32,968 nucleotides of DNA from Sulfurimonadaceae bacterium (GTDB taxonomy: Bacteria; Campylobacterota; Campylobacteria; Campylobacterales; Sulfurimonadaceae): NCBI GenBank assembly GCA_041562555.1, contig JBFEXS010000014.1, forward strand, positions 1-32,968, written 5' to 3'. Of the stretch, positions 8,712 to 16,597 are shown piece by piece. Both the position numbers and the translations under genes were made by a program. The notes under the pieces are model-generated. The model saw only the letters and a program-made list of their open reading frames with translations, was not told the DNA's origin and made no database searches. Every line of letters begins with the position of its first letter. Within the stretch, counting starts at the first letter, position 1.

Positions 8712-10028
8712 TCAAATAAGTTTTTTCTTTCTAAGGTAACGCATTGTCCCGGTAATTCCCAGCATGAGTAATAAGACGGCAGCAATATCATTGATCCAAA
8801 CCCACCAAGACGAGAAAAATGTTCCATCATGCAAGGCAAGCAAAAGGGAGTAGAGTGTTGCACTCTCAGACTTTGGAAGTGCAAGTTGACTTTTGTGGGA
8901 CAGAAACACTTTTTCATTATCCACAAGATTGATATCCTTGAACATATGCGGTGTTTTAGGAAGAACCTTCAGTGTGCCATTATGCAATATTCTGTTTGGT
9001 GCACCCATGCCGCTGATATACAAGGTGTCATCAATACGTTTCATCCTGTAGGCAAATCCTTTGGCAGTCATCTTCCAATCGACAAGGTTCGTACTCTCAT
9101 AGACACCATAGCGGTTTCCGATTCTATAGCTGTTCTTATCCAGATCTACAGACCAGATGTCCTCTTTGAGTGTTCCGTATACCGGCGGCAAGATAGCATG
9201 AGGTATATGTACGGAACGCATAAAAGCACCAAGAAGTTTAGGATGATCCAGGAAGATACCCGTCACCAACAGGATAATGAAAGGGATGATCGCAAGCAGG
9301 ACGAACACGTTTGCATGTAGACGTATGAGCCTGCGGGAGATGGTTGCACTCTTTTTATGTTTGATGAGATACCAGATAATATAACCGCTCAAGGAGAGAA
9401 ATACCAGGATCAATGCGGCGTAATCATTGATAAGCAACGAGGCAATACCATCAAAGAGACCACGACCATAATGTAAATCTCTTACAAAACGACCCAGAGA
9501 TATTTCATGCCTGAGGTCCTCTTCAGGTATAGAGACTTCGGTCTGTGTCAAGACTTTTCCACTCTTAATATCAATTAATGTCAATAGCTTCTTATCAATA
9601 GAGACAAGGAGTTTATCGTCATAGACAGCAATCGCATTAATGTACAAGCCTTTAAGGGAGAAGGACCTCCATTGAGCATTCTCGAGGATGTATATCCCAT
9701 CATTTGTAGCCGCATAGAGTGCATTATTATCAGAACGAAGACCAAGACATTGTTTATCCAGGGTTTTCATAAAGCCTGATTCATGCTTCTCAAAAACCCC
9801 TCGGCGGCTTCCGACAACGATATGGGTAGGATCCTTTGGATCTATCCAATATGCTTCCACAAGACGTTTCTCATGTTTATATACGGAATCCGGAACATGT
9901 TCAAAGGAGATGTCATACATGAATGACCAGTTTTTATGATCAAGGAAAAAACCTGTGAGGGAAAGTATGAAAAGGAGTACACCGGCAGTCAAGCCGGAGT
10001 ATTTGTGAAGTCTAAAGAGTTTTACCAT
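8712..10028 (-). CDS. PepSY-associated TM domain protein, internally duplicated
   Basis: RLHKYSGL...SLTGFFLDH...DLHYG is repeated as RLHANVFV...VTGIFLDH...ALHDG. Overlaps the TonB receptor stop by 7 nt. Confidence 0.8.
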   Translation of the reverse strand: MVKLFRLHKYSGLTAGVLLFILSLTGFFLDHKNWSFMYDISFEHVPDSVYKHEKRLVEAYWIDPKDPTHIVVGSRRGVFEKHESGFMKTLDKQCLGLRSDNNALYAATNDGIYILENAQWRSFSLKGLYINAIAVYDDKLLVSIDKKLLTLIDIKSGKVLTQTEVSIPEEDLRHEISLGRFVRDLHYGRGLFDGIASLLINDYAALILVFLSLSGYIIWYLIKHKKSATISRRLIRLHANVFVLLAIIPFIILLVTGIFLDHPKLLGAFMRSVHIPHAILPPVYGTLKEDIWSVDLDKNSYRIGNRYGVYESTNLVDWKMTAKGFAYRMKRIDDTLYISGMGAPNRILHNGTLKVLPKTPHMFKDINLVDNEKVFLSHKSQLALPKSESATLYSLLLALHDGTFFSSWWVWINDIAAVLLLMLGITGTMRYLRKKKLI

Positions 10029-12109
10029 CTATACTCAAGACCTGCATAGAATTGACGTGGGTCCCCCGGAGAGAAAGCATCGCTGTATTTTGAACTGGCA
10101 CTCACTGCATATGCCTCATCGGTAATATTATTTACTTTGCCAAAGATAGAGATATGATCATCATATCGGTAATCTGCTTTTAGATTCCCTATGCTGTACC
10201 CACCATATTTGGCATGATTGATCCCTCTTGCAGGATTGGTCTCATGAAGGTCGTTCATCCAATATGAACCGACATATTGCCATTCACCCATGATGCGAAG
10301 ACCGTTCACCGCGCTTGGAGTATAGATCAGGCGGACATTTGCCAAATGGTTCGGTGCCTGAGCGATCTCATTGTCATTGAAAGTTGTATCGTCTACATAA
10401 TTGTGTTTGGAGTAGGAGTAAGCGATATGTGTTCCCCACTCATCTGTGATCTGTGTATTAAGGGTTGCTTCAATACCTTGGTGAATTGTTTCTCCACCAT
10501 TGGCATAATAGCGTGTTCCGCCAACTCTATACGAGGTGATCGTATCATCTACCGTCATGTAATACAAGGCTATTTCCAGGAAACTCTTTTCAGCAAAAAG
10601 TTTTTTAATACCGATCTCGAAGGTATCAGATATTTCAGGATCGAGTTCTACCTGGCTATAACCGGCCTTCATTGAGTAGAGGGTCACTGCCTGGGGAATA
10701 CGGAATCCATTGGCGTAGCGGGCATATATATTGATATCTTTATCTGCTTGATATTGCAACGAGAGTTTTGGACTCAGGTGAGAAAAACTATCTGTGCGGT
10801 CTGCAGGACGAAAATAGACACCTGAAGGATCTGTTGTATTGTCGGCAAGGTTGTTTTGGTAGTCATAATGATTGTAATCGTAGCGCAGACCTGCTGTCAG
10901 CATCATCGCTTCGGTTATGTCATATTCTGTATGAATGTATGGTGCGATAGCCATATAGTCGACGTCATAATCATACAGCTTACCTGTCGTATAGGTGGCT
11001 CCTCCAAAACCTGTTGTTGTGATGTCAAAGTCCTGGGCATAGTTGAGAGAAGATTGTGTATATTCCCCATCAAAACCGGTGATAAGTCTGCCCCATGACG
11101 CATCATAGGTGTTCTTTTCCATTAAACCTGCTGTTTGGATTGTATTATCACTACTTGGATAGTTGCCTTCCCAGGTAGCAACATAGCGGTTTCGGTTATA
11201 ACGCAAATATGGAGTTAAAGAGATCTCAAGATTATCAAAAGAGTAATTGCTCCACTCTGCACTGAGTCGCGCATAATCAAATTCGCGTTTGATGTCAGTG
11301 GCATCTAATGCTGCAAAATAGTCTGCATCGTCGCTTGCATCTTTGGAAACATTTTCAATGTTTTCATAATCATGGAAAGAGTCTGCCTGTTCAGCATCTG
11401 TCTTACTTGTATTGAAGATGATTTTTAGTTCATTCTCGTCGTTGATCTCCTGATCATAACGAAGATTGGCTTCGATACGGTCTGTTGAGGTATGATCACG
11501 CCAACCGTCGCTATGCATGTATCCTACATTGGCACGGTATGCGCTTGTACCATCAATAGTATCGCTCATCTCTACCGAGCCAGAAGCAAAGCCATAGCTT
11601 CCTTCCATACCTTTCAGGGAAATTTCCTGCTCTTTTGACGGTTTTTTGAGTGACTCTACATTGATTACGGCAGCAACTGCATCTGAACCGTATAGAGCGG
11701 TTCCCGCACCTTTTAATACTTCAACGGATGTCGCAGACTGGTAAGTCGTATACGCGAGCCCGTTATGATTGAAAAATCCTGATGATTGTACGGGGATGCC
11801 ATCTTGCATAAAAAGGTAATAAGAACTCTTGTTCTCTGGCATACGGATAGCAGTCGTATGTCCAATAACAGAGCCGGTCTGTTCGATCTGTACACCGGCA
11901 ATAGAATTAAGCAGGTCTTTTTGAACGATGACCTGATCAAGCTTGATCTCACTCTCTTCCTTGGTCGAGATACTTAAGGCTTGGTCAATGACTTTTTCTT
12001 CAGATTTTGTTCCTGTGACACTGACAGGCTCTAAATTGATGACTTCTGCGTAGGTACCGGTTGCACATAACGCTGCAATAATACTGATTTTAATTCTGTG
12101 CATTTTCAT
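10022..12109 (-). CDS. TonB-dependent outer-membrane receptor, substrate unknown
   Basis: Signal peptide, TonB box (EPVSVTG), plug motif VEVLKGAGTALYGSDA, and C-terminal NITDEAY...PRQFYAGLEYRW. SD AGGAG. Confidence 0.95.
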   Translation of the reverse strand: MKMHRIKISIIAALCATGTYAEVINLEPVSVTGTKSEEKVIDQALSISTKEESEIKLDQVIVQKDLLNSIAGVQIEQTGSVIGHTTAIRMPENKSSYYLFMQDGIPVQSSGFFNHNGLAYTTYQSATSVEVLKGAGTALYGSDAVAAVINVESLKKPSKEQEISLKGMEGSYGFASGSVEMSDTIDGTSAYRANVGYMHSDGWRDHTSTDRIEANLRYDQEINDENELKIIFNTSKTDAEQADSFHDYENIENVSKDASDDADYFAALDATDIKREFDYARLSAEWSNYSFDNLEISLTPYLRYNRNRYVATWEGNYPSSDNTIQTAGLMEKNTYDASWGRLITGFDGEYTQSSLNYAQDFDITTTGFGGATYTTGKLYDYDVDYMAIAPYIHTEYDITEAMMLTAGLRYDYNHYDYQNNLADNTTDPSGVYFRPADRTDSFSHLSPKLSLQYQADKDINIYARYANGFRIPQAVTLYSMKAGYSQVELDPEISDTFEIGIKKLFAEKSFLEIALYYMTVDDTITSYRVGGTRYYANGGETIHQGIEATLNTQITDEWGTHIAYSYSKHNYVDDTTFNDNEIAQAPNHLANVRLIYTPSAVNGLRIMGEWQYVGSYWMNDLHETNPARGINHAKYGGYSIGNLKADYRYDDHISIFGKVNNITDEAYAVSASSKYSDAFSPGDPRQFYAGLEYRW

Positions 12110-12131
12110 AGATTCTCCTGATTAGGAAGGG

Positions 12132-12164
12132 ATTATTTCAAAAAATTGTTACAGAAGTGTTAAA
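12132..12164 (-). promoter_or_regulatory. Putative TonB-receptor promoter: 11-bp-period direct repeat (TTTAACA-n4-TGTAACA) upstream of a TGaAATAAT -10-like element
   Basis: Half-sites at 12164-12158 and 12153-12147; the -10-like hexamer is at 12137-12132. Confidence 0.4.
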
Positions 12165-12217
12165 TTTAAAAAATAAAGTAAAAATAAGTTTGGAGGTAAA
12201 ACATGAAGTTTCAAGAG

Positions 12218-12238
12218 GTATCAGGACATTTGTCCTGA
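12218..12238 (+). repeat. GTAT-led perfect palindrome (REP-like element, operator or terminator)
   Basis: GTA-TCAGGACA-TT-TGTCCTGA, with 8-bp arms. Confidence 0.45.
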
Positions 12239-12363
12239 AATAAAGGCTTACTCTCAGGGAGTCGCTTAATTACGATAGATAAGATATGTTCTAGAGGAGT
12301 TCAATGCCCTTCAGTATCCACTATGAGTCAAGCTCTAGTAGGGTTTCCATAGACTGGAATCAA

Positions 12364-12459
12364 GGTTTGCATCTGCTCACGGCCTATAACACTCTTTCCA
12401 TTAAGGTGTACTATAAGACACACATGTCAGTGTGCCCGTATCGCTCTGCGATATGCACC
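12364..12459 (-). ncRNA. Candidate structured RNA (five abutting stems), family not recognised
   Basis: By-eye fold on the minus strand: TGCAT/ATGCA, ATCGC/GCGAT, ACGG/CCGT, GCACAC/GTGTGT and CTTATA..ACAC/GTGT-TATAGG. G-U pairs work only on the minus strand. Confidence 0.5.
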
Positions 12460-12473
12460 AATAGCAAAAATAG

Positions 12474-12599
12474 TTATAGACTATCTTCTCTGTACTCACC
12501 CGATCTATTCTTGTTTTCAAGCGGAAGAACGCTCAATCCACTAGAACGTGCTTGAAGAAACAAGTCAAGACCTAAAGCCGTAAAAATTATTTGTATCAT
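12474..12599 (-). CDS. Small hypothetical protein, 41 aa (MIQIIFTALGLDLFLQARSSGLSVLPLENKNRSGEYREDSL)
   Basis: ATG with SD AAGGAAG just upstream and a TATACT -10 about 55 nt upstream. Below the ORF-track length cutoff. Confidence 0.5.
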   Translation of the reverse strand: MIQIIFTALGLDLFLQARSSGLSVLPLENKNRSGEYREDSL

Positions 12600-12782
12600 T
12601 GGCTTCCTTGTGGTTCTTAATTAGTAGCTACAAGAACAATGTTACTCCTTATAGTATAAATAACAACTTAAGAAAACAGGTTGCCTTTTTTAATACCTCA
12701 TAGAACTAAAATATTTACAAAATACCATTTTTTGGTTATTATTCTTAAACAAACCATATGGTCTGTAAGTGAGGAGAAAAGT

Positions 12783-13796
12783 ATGACAAGGGTATTGATA
12801 TTAGGAGCGACAGGTTTTGTCGGGACACATGTATCCCGTGCACTAAAGGAAAATCGAAATGTAAGGATGATACTTGGATGCAGGAACAGTGCACGTTTGT
12901 GTCCATCTCTTCAGGGTGAGGAGCTGAGAGTAGGGGATATTCGGGATGAGGTCTATTTAGAAACGCTTTTTGAGGGGATAGATATATTGGTGAACCTTGC
13001 CTCTTGGACAGCATTGTATGCACAGGAGGAAAACTCAAAAGCACTCTATTTGGATCCGACGCTCAATCTCATTGACAAAGCAAAAAAAGCAGGTGTGAAG
13101 AGGTATCTTAATTTGTCTACGTTAAGCGCGGGATGTCGCGGTGAGGAAGCAGATGAAAACAGTTTGGGCTGTTTTCGGCCATTCTGGCCTCATTTAAACA
13201 ATGTCATACGCATAGAAGATCATCTCCGTCGTCTCTCCTGTGAGAGTTTTGAAGTGATCAATCTGCGATGTGGTCTTTTTGTAGGAGAGGATTATTCTCT
13301 GGGGCTTTTACCGATTCTCTTACCGAGGCTTAAAACGCATCTCGTCCCTTTGGTAAAGGGAGGGAATACACCTATGCCACTGATAGACGGAAGAGATATC
13401 GCACAGGCATTTTGCAAGGCGGTCATGTATGACAAACAGATGCCTAACCATTTTGAGGGATTTCATATCCTGGGTAAAGATGTCCCCAAGGTCAAGGAGG
13501 TGTTGCAATATTTGCATCACAAGTATAAGTATCCTTATCCCCATTTCTCTGTCTCCTTTCCCATTGCCTATGGGTTTGCGCGCTGTATGGAGCTAATAGA
13601 CCCTATATTACCCAATGACCCCCTGATCGTTCGTTCCATCGTCTATCTGCTTGAAGATACCAAGTCCACTAATGCCAAAGCAGAGGAGATCTTGGGATAT
13701 ATGCCGGAGCATACATGGCAAGATGGTATTGACCGCCAGATCAAGGAGATGAGTATACGACAAAAGGAAATGATGGGCATGGCAAAGGCTGTATAA
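12783..13796 (+). CDS. NAD(P)-dependent epimerase/dehydratase (extended/atypical SDR)
   Basis: Rossmann motif ILGATGFVG immediately follows the ATG at 12783, which has SD GAGGAG. The ORF-track start at 12681 is probably too long. Confidence 0.85.
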   Translation: MTRVLILGATGFVGTHVSRALKENRNVRMILGCRNSARLCPSLQGEELRVGDIRDEVYLETLFEGIDILVNLASWTALYAQEENSKALYLDPTLNLIDKAKKAGVKRYLNLSTLSAGCRGEEADENSLGCFRPFWPHLNNVIRIEDHLRRLSCESFEVINLRCGLFVGEDYSLGLLPILLPRLKTHLVPLVKGGNTPMPLIDGRDIAQAFCKAVMYDKQMPNHFEGFHILGKDVPKVKEVLQYLHHKYKYPYPHFSVSFPIAYGFARCMELIDPILPNDPLIVRSIVYLLEDTKSTNAKAEEILGYMPEHTWQDGIDRQIKEMSIRQKEMMGMAKAV

Positions 13797-13804
13797 AGGA
13801 GCAT

Positions 13805-13837
13805 TTGCAAGATCGTTATATACTTTGGTATACTACG
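13805..13837 (+). promoter_or_regulatory. mod operon promoter overlapped by a ModE-type operator
   Basis: -35 TTGCAA (13805-13810), 18 nt spacer, TGg-TATACT (-10 at 13829-13834). ATCGTTATATA-n6-TATACTACG at 13812-13837 resembles the ModE box. Confidence 0.75.
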
Positions 13838-13881
13838 CCTCTAGAATGAAAATTGTATATTCATATTAAAAAGGGCATAGG

Positions 13882-14625
13882 GTGATACGGATCAGTCTCT
13901 TGGTACTTCTTGTAATGCAAACGTTGACGGCGCAGCAGTTGACGATTGCCGTGGCAGCGAATGTCTCCTATGCGATTGAAGAGCTGAAAGGAGAGTTCTT
14001 AAAGGCTCATCCTGAAACCAAGATTGATATTATCTTGGGCAGTAGTGGGAAACTTTCCGCACAGATACAGCATGGGGCGCCTTACGGTCTATTTATGTCT
14101 GCGGACATGCAATATCCACAAAGCCTGTTCGACAGGGGATTGGCGATGGCGCCTCCCCAAGTGTATGCACAGGGGGCTTTGGCACTTTTTAGTGTAAGTC
14201 CAAGAGATTTTACGCTGGGTCTGGGGTTACTGGCGGATCAAGAGGTAGAGACTATTGCCTTGGCCAATCCAAAGACTGCTCCCTATGGACAGGCAGCGAT
14301 TGAAGCGATGGAAGATGCGGAGGTATTGGCGATAGCAAGGCCAAAGTTCATTTTTTCCGAATCAATATCACAAACACTCTCTTATGCGCTGACTGCTGTA
14401 CATATCGGGATCATATCCAAGGCGGCATTGTATAGTCATAGGATGCAGGCATATCATGAGGGTGTACATTGGAAAGAGATTGATATTAAACACTATGAGC
14501 CTATAAAGCAGGGAATCATCCTTCTTAAAACCTCTCATGAAGAACCTTTGTATAAGGCATTCTATGACTTTGTCCTGAGTGGGACGGGACAGGGGATCTT
14601 AAAGAAATACGGGTACATTATATAA
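13882..14625 (+). CDS. modA: Molybdate ABC transporter periplasmic binding protein
   Basis: AVAAN, GSSGKL..QI..GAP, FMSAD and ANPKTAPYG. Signal peptide; GTG start. Confidence 0.95.
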   Translation: MIRISLLVLLVMQTLTAQQLTIAVAANVSYAIEELKGEFLKAHPETKIDIILGSSGKLSAQIQHGAPYGLFMSADMQYPQSLFDRGLAMAPPQVYAQGALALFSVSPRDFTLGLGLLADQEVETIALANPKTAPYGQAAIEAMEDAEVLAIARPKFIFSESISQTLSYALTAVHIGIISKAALYSHRMQAYHEGVHWKEIDIKHYEPIKQGIILLKTSHEEPLYKAFYDFVLSGTGQGILKKYGYII

Positions 14626-15020
14626 TGAATTATATAAAAGCAGAGATCTCGGCGATTGACTCCATCGGTACTATCAACCTGGTCCATTTTAAGGTGCAAA
14701 CAGAGGTTATGAAGATGATCTCTCTGGAGTTGGATCAATCCCTGAAGGTAGGTACGCATGTACATTTGGGCGCGAAGGCAACCAATATCGCCATTGCCAA
14801 GACGTTCTCAGGAGAACTGAGTATCTCCAATCAGTTAAGCTCAGTGATCACTTCTTTGCAGATGGGAGAGTTACTGTGCAGTGTCAAGTTTGATTTTTTA
14901 GGGACATCGCTTGAGAGCATTATCACGAAAGACTCGGCAATGAAGATGAACTTGAAAGAGGGAGACGCTATCACCGCATTGATCAAGTCAAGTGAACTGT
15001 CGATTGTGGAGGTGTTATGA
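14625..15020 (+). CDS. Di-TOBE/Mop (molbindin-like) protein
   Basis: [27 protein letters not shown]. Lies between modA and modB, as in Campylobacter mod operons. Confidence 0.85.
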   Translation: MNYIKAEISAIDSIGTINLVHFKVQTEVMKMISLELDQSLKVGTHVHLGAKATNIAIAKTFSGELSISNQLSSVITSLQMGELLCSVKFDFLGTSLESIITKDSAMKMNLKEGDAITALIKSSELSIVEVL

Positions 15021-15703
15021 TGCAGGAATTTGATCTCACACCTTTTTTACTCTCATTTAAGCTAGCAGGGCTCACGACTGTAATCCTCTTTTTGATCGCT
15101 TTACCTTTGGCCTGGTGGCTTTCTCAAAGCCGGTGCCGATGCAAACCCTTTATAGAAGCGATTACTTCTTTGCCGATTGTATTACCTCCATCGGTGATAG
15201 GGTTTTATCTTTTGTATGCGCTTTCTTATAATTCGCCCATAGGAGCGTTCTTTCAAGAACAGTTTGGTATCAAACTTGTGTTCAATTTTACAGGGTTGGT
15301 GATCGCAAGCTGTTTTTACTCTTTTCCTTTTATGGTGCAGCCTTTGCAAAGCGGATTCGAGTCGATTAACAAAAACATACTCGAAGCTTCATATCTGGCG
15401 GGAAAATCAAAGTTTCAGACTTTGGTATATATTGCATTGCCTAATATCAAACCGGCACTTCTCACGGCACTTATTGTGACTTTTGCGCACACGGTAGGTG
15501 AATTCGGAGTTGTGCTGATGGTAGGGGGATCGATTCCGGGAGAAACGAAAGTGGCTTCTGTCGCGATTTATGAGTTTGTTGAGATCCTTGATTATAGCAT
15601 GGCACATATCTATTCGGGAATCATGATCGTGATGAGTTTTATCGTGCTCTTGGGTGTCTATAGTTTTAACCGTCGTCATTCACATAGATTGGGGACAGCC
15701 TGA
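15017..15703 (+). CDS. modB: Molybdate ABC transporter permease
   Basis: [18 protein letters not shown]-like loop (EASYLAG) and FAHTVGEFG. Confidence 0.95.
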   Translation: MMQEFDLTPFLLSFKLAGLTTVILFLIALPLAWWLSQSRCRCKPFIEAITSLPIVLPPSVIGFYLLYALSYNSPIGAFFQEQFGIKLVFNFTGLVIASCFYSFPFMVQPLQSGFESINKNILEASYLAGKSKFQTLVYIALPNIKPALLTALIVTFAHTVGEFGVVLMVGGSIPGETKVASVAIYEFVEILDYSMAHIYSGIMIVMSFIVLLGVYSFNRRHSHRLGTA

Positions 15704-16551
15704 TGCTTACAATCGATATTGAAAAAAAAATCCAGGGGAGCGAAGGGAAGATGGACCTGAAGGTCTGTCTTGAAATGGCAGAACAGGGGTTCATTGCACT
15801 CAGTGGTGAGAGTGGAGCCGGAAAGAGTACGCTACTTCGCATTTTGGCAGGGCTTGAAGATGCTAGCGGAAAGATCCAGTTGGGAGAGACATCATGGCTT
15901 GACGGTAAAAAGAGTCTTTCACCACAACAGCGTGACATAGGTTTTGTTTTTCAAGATTACGCACTTTTTGACAATATGAGTGTAGAACAAAACCTTCTTT
16001 ATGTCAGTAAAGACAAGGTGTTGGCGGAACATCTGTTGGAGTTGACCCATATGACAGAGTTGAAAAAACGTCGTCCTCACATGCTGAGCGGAGGTCAAAA
16101 ACAGAGGGTCTCCCTGTGCAGGGCTTTGATGCGCAGGCCTAAGCTGCTCTTGATGGATGAACCTTTGTCCGCGCTGGATCCGCAGATGCGTTCAAAGCTT
16201 CAACAGGATATTTTGAATCTGCACCAGGAATTTGGGACGACGACGATTATGGTCTCCCATGATCCGAGTGAAATATATAAGCTGGCAGATCGGGTGATCA
16301 CTCTCAAGCACGGTAAAGTAGTTCAGGATGGTACGGCCAAAGAGGTCTTCTTGCAGGCACGCGGAAGTCAGAAGTTCTCACTTCAAGGAGAGTTGCTCGA
16401 GATCGTAAAAGCGGATGTGATCTATATTGCCGTAGTCGCTATAGGACAGCAACTTGTGGAGATCGTCCTTGACGAAGATGAGGCAAAAGACCTTGAAATA
16501 GGGCAGCGTGTAGAGGTTAGTACGAAACCATTCTCTCCTTTTATCAACTAG
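15703..16551 (+). CDS. modC: Molybdate ABC transporter ATP-binding protein
   Basis: GESGAGKST, VFQDYALF, LSGGQKQR and LLLMDEP, with a C-terminal TOBE-like region. Confidence 0.92.
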   Translation: MLTIDIEKKIQGSEGKMDLKVCLEMAEQGFIALSGESGAGKSTLLRILAGLEDASGKIQLGETSWLDGKKSLSPQQRDIGFVFQDYALFDNMSVEQNLLYVSKDKVLAEHLLELTHMTELKKRRPHMLSGGQKQRVSLCRALMRRPKLLLMDEPLSALDPQMRSKLQQDILNLHQEFGTTTIMVSHDPSEIYKLADRVITLKHGKVVQDGTAKEVFLQARGSQKFSLQGELLEIVKADVIYIAVVAIGQQLVEIVLDEDEAKDLEIGQRVEVSTKPFSPFIN

Positions 16552-16597
16552 TATTCCCATATACGTTTCTCTTCTTTTAGTGATATAATGAGTCAAT

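Noticed and set aside
12203..12238. 11-codon plus-strand ORF (MKFQEVSGHLS) with a GGAGG SD
   Set aside because: Too short to support and no promoter was identified; the stop lies in the palindrome.
12110..12470. Cobalamin, Moco, TPP, glycine, yybP-ykoY or NiCo riboswitch upstream of the TonB receptor
   Set aside because: Only isolated words match (CTCTCAGG, AGGGAGTCGC, CGGGC, TGAGCAG), and they are in the wrong order or strand. The family cores are absent.
12304..12555. 83-aa plus-strand ORF from the ORF track
   Set aside because: It has no recognisable protein features and lies antisense to the better-supported structured RNA and 41-aa ORF.
12681..12782. Longer TTG start for the SDR
   Set aside because: The ATG at 12783 has a strong SD and directly precedes the Rossmann motif.
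15722..15730. A9 homopolymer in modC as a phase-variation tract
   Set aside because: It is in frame and encodes EKKI. Campylobacterota contingency tracts are usually poly-G/C, and A-runs are common here.
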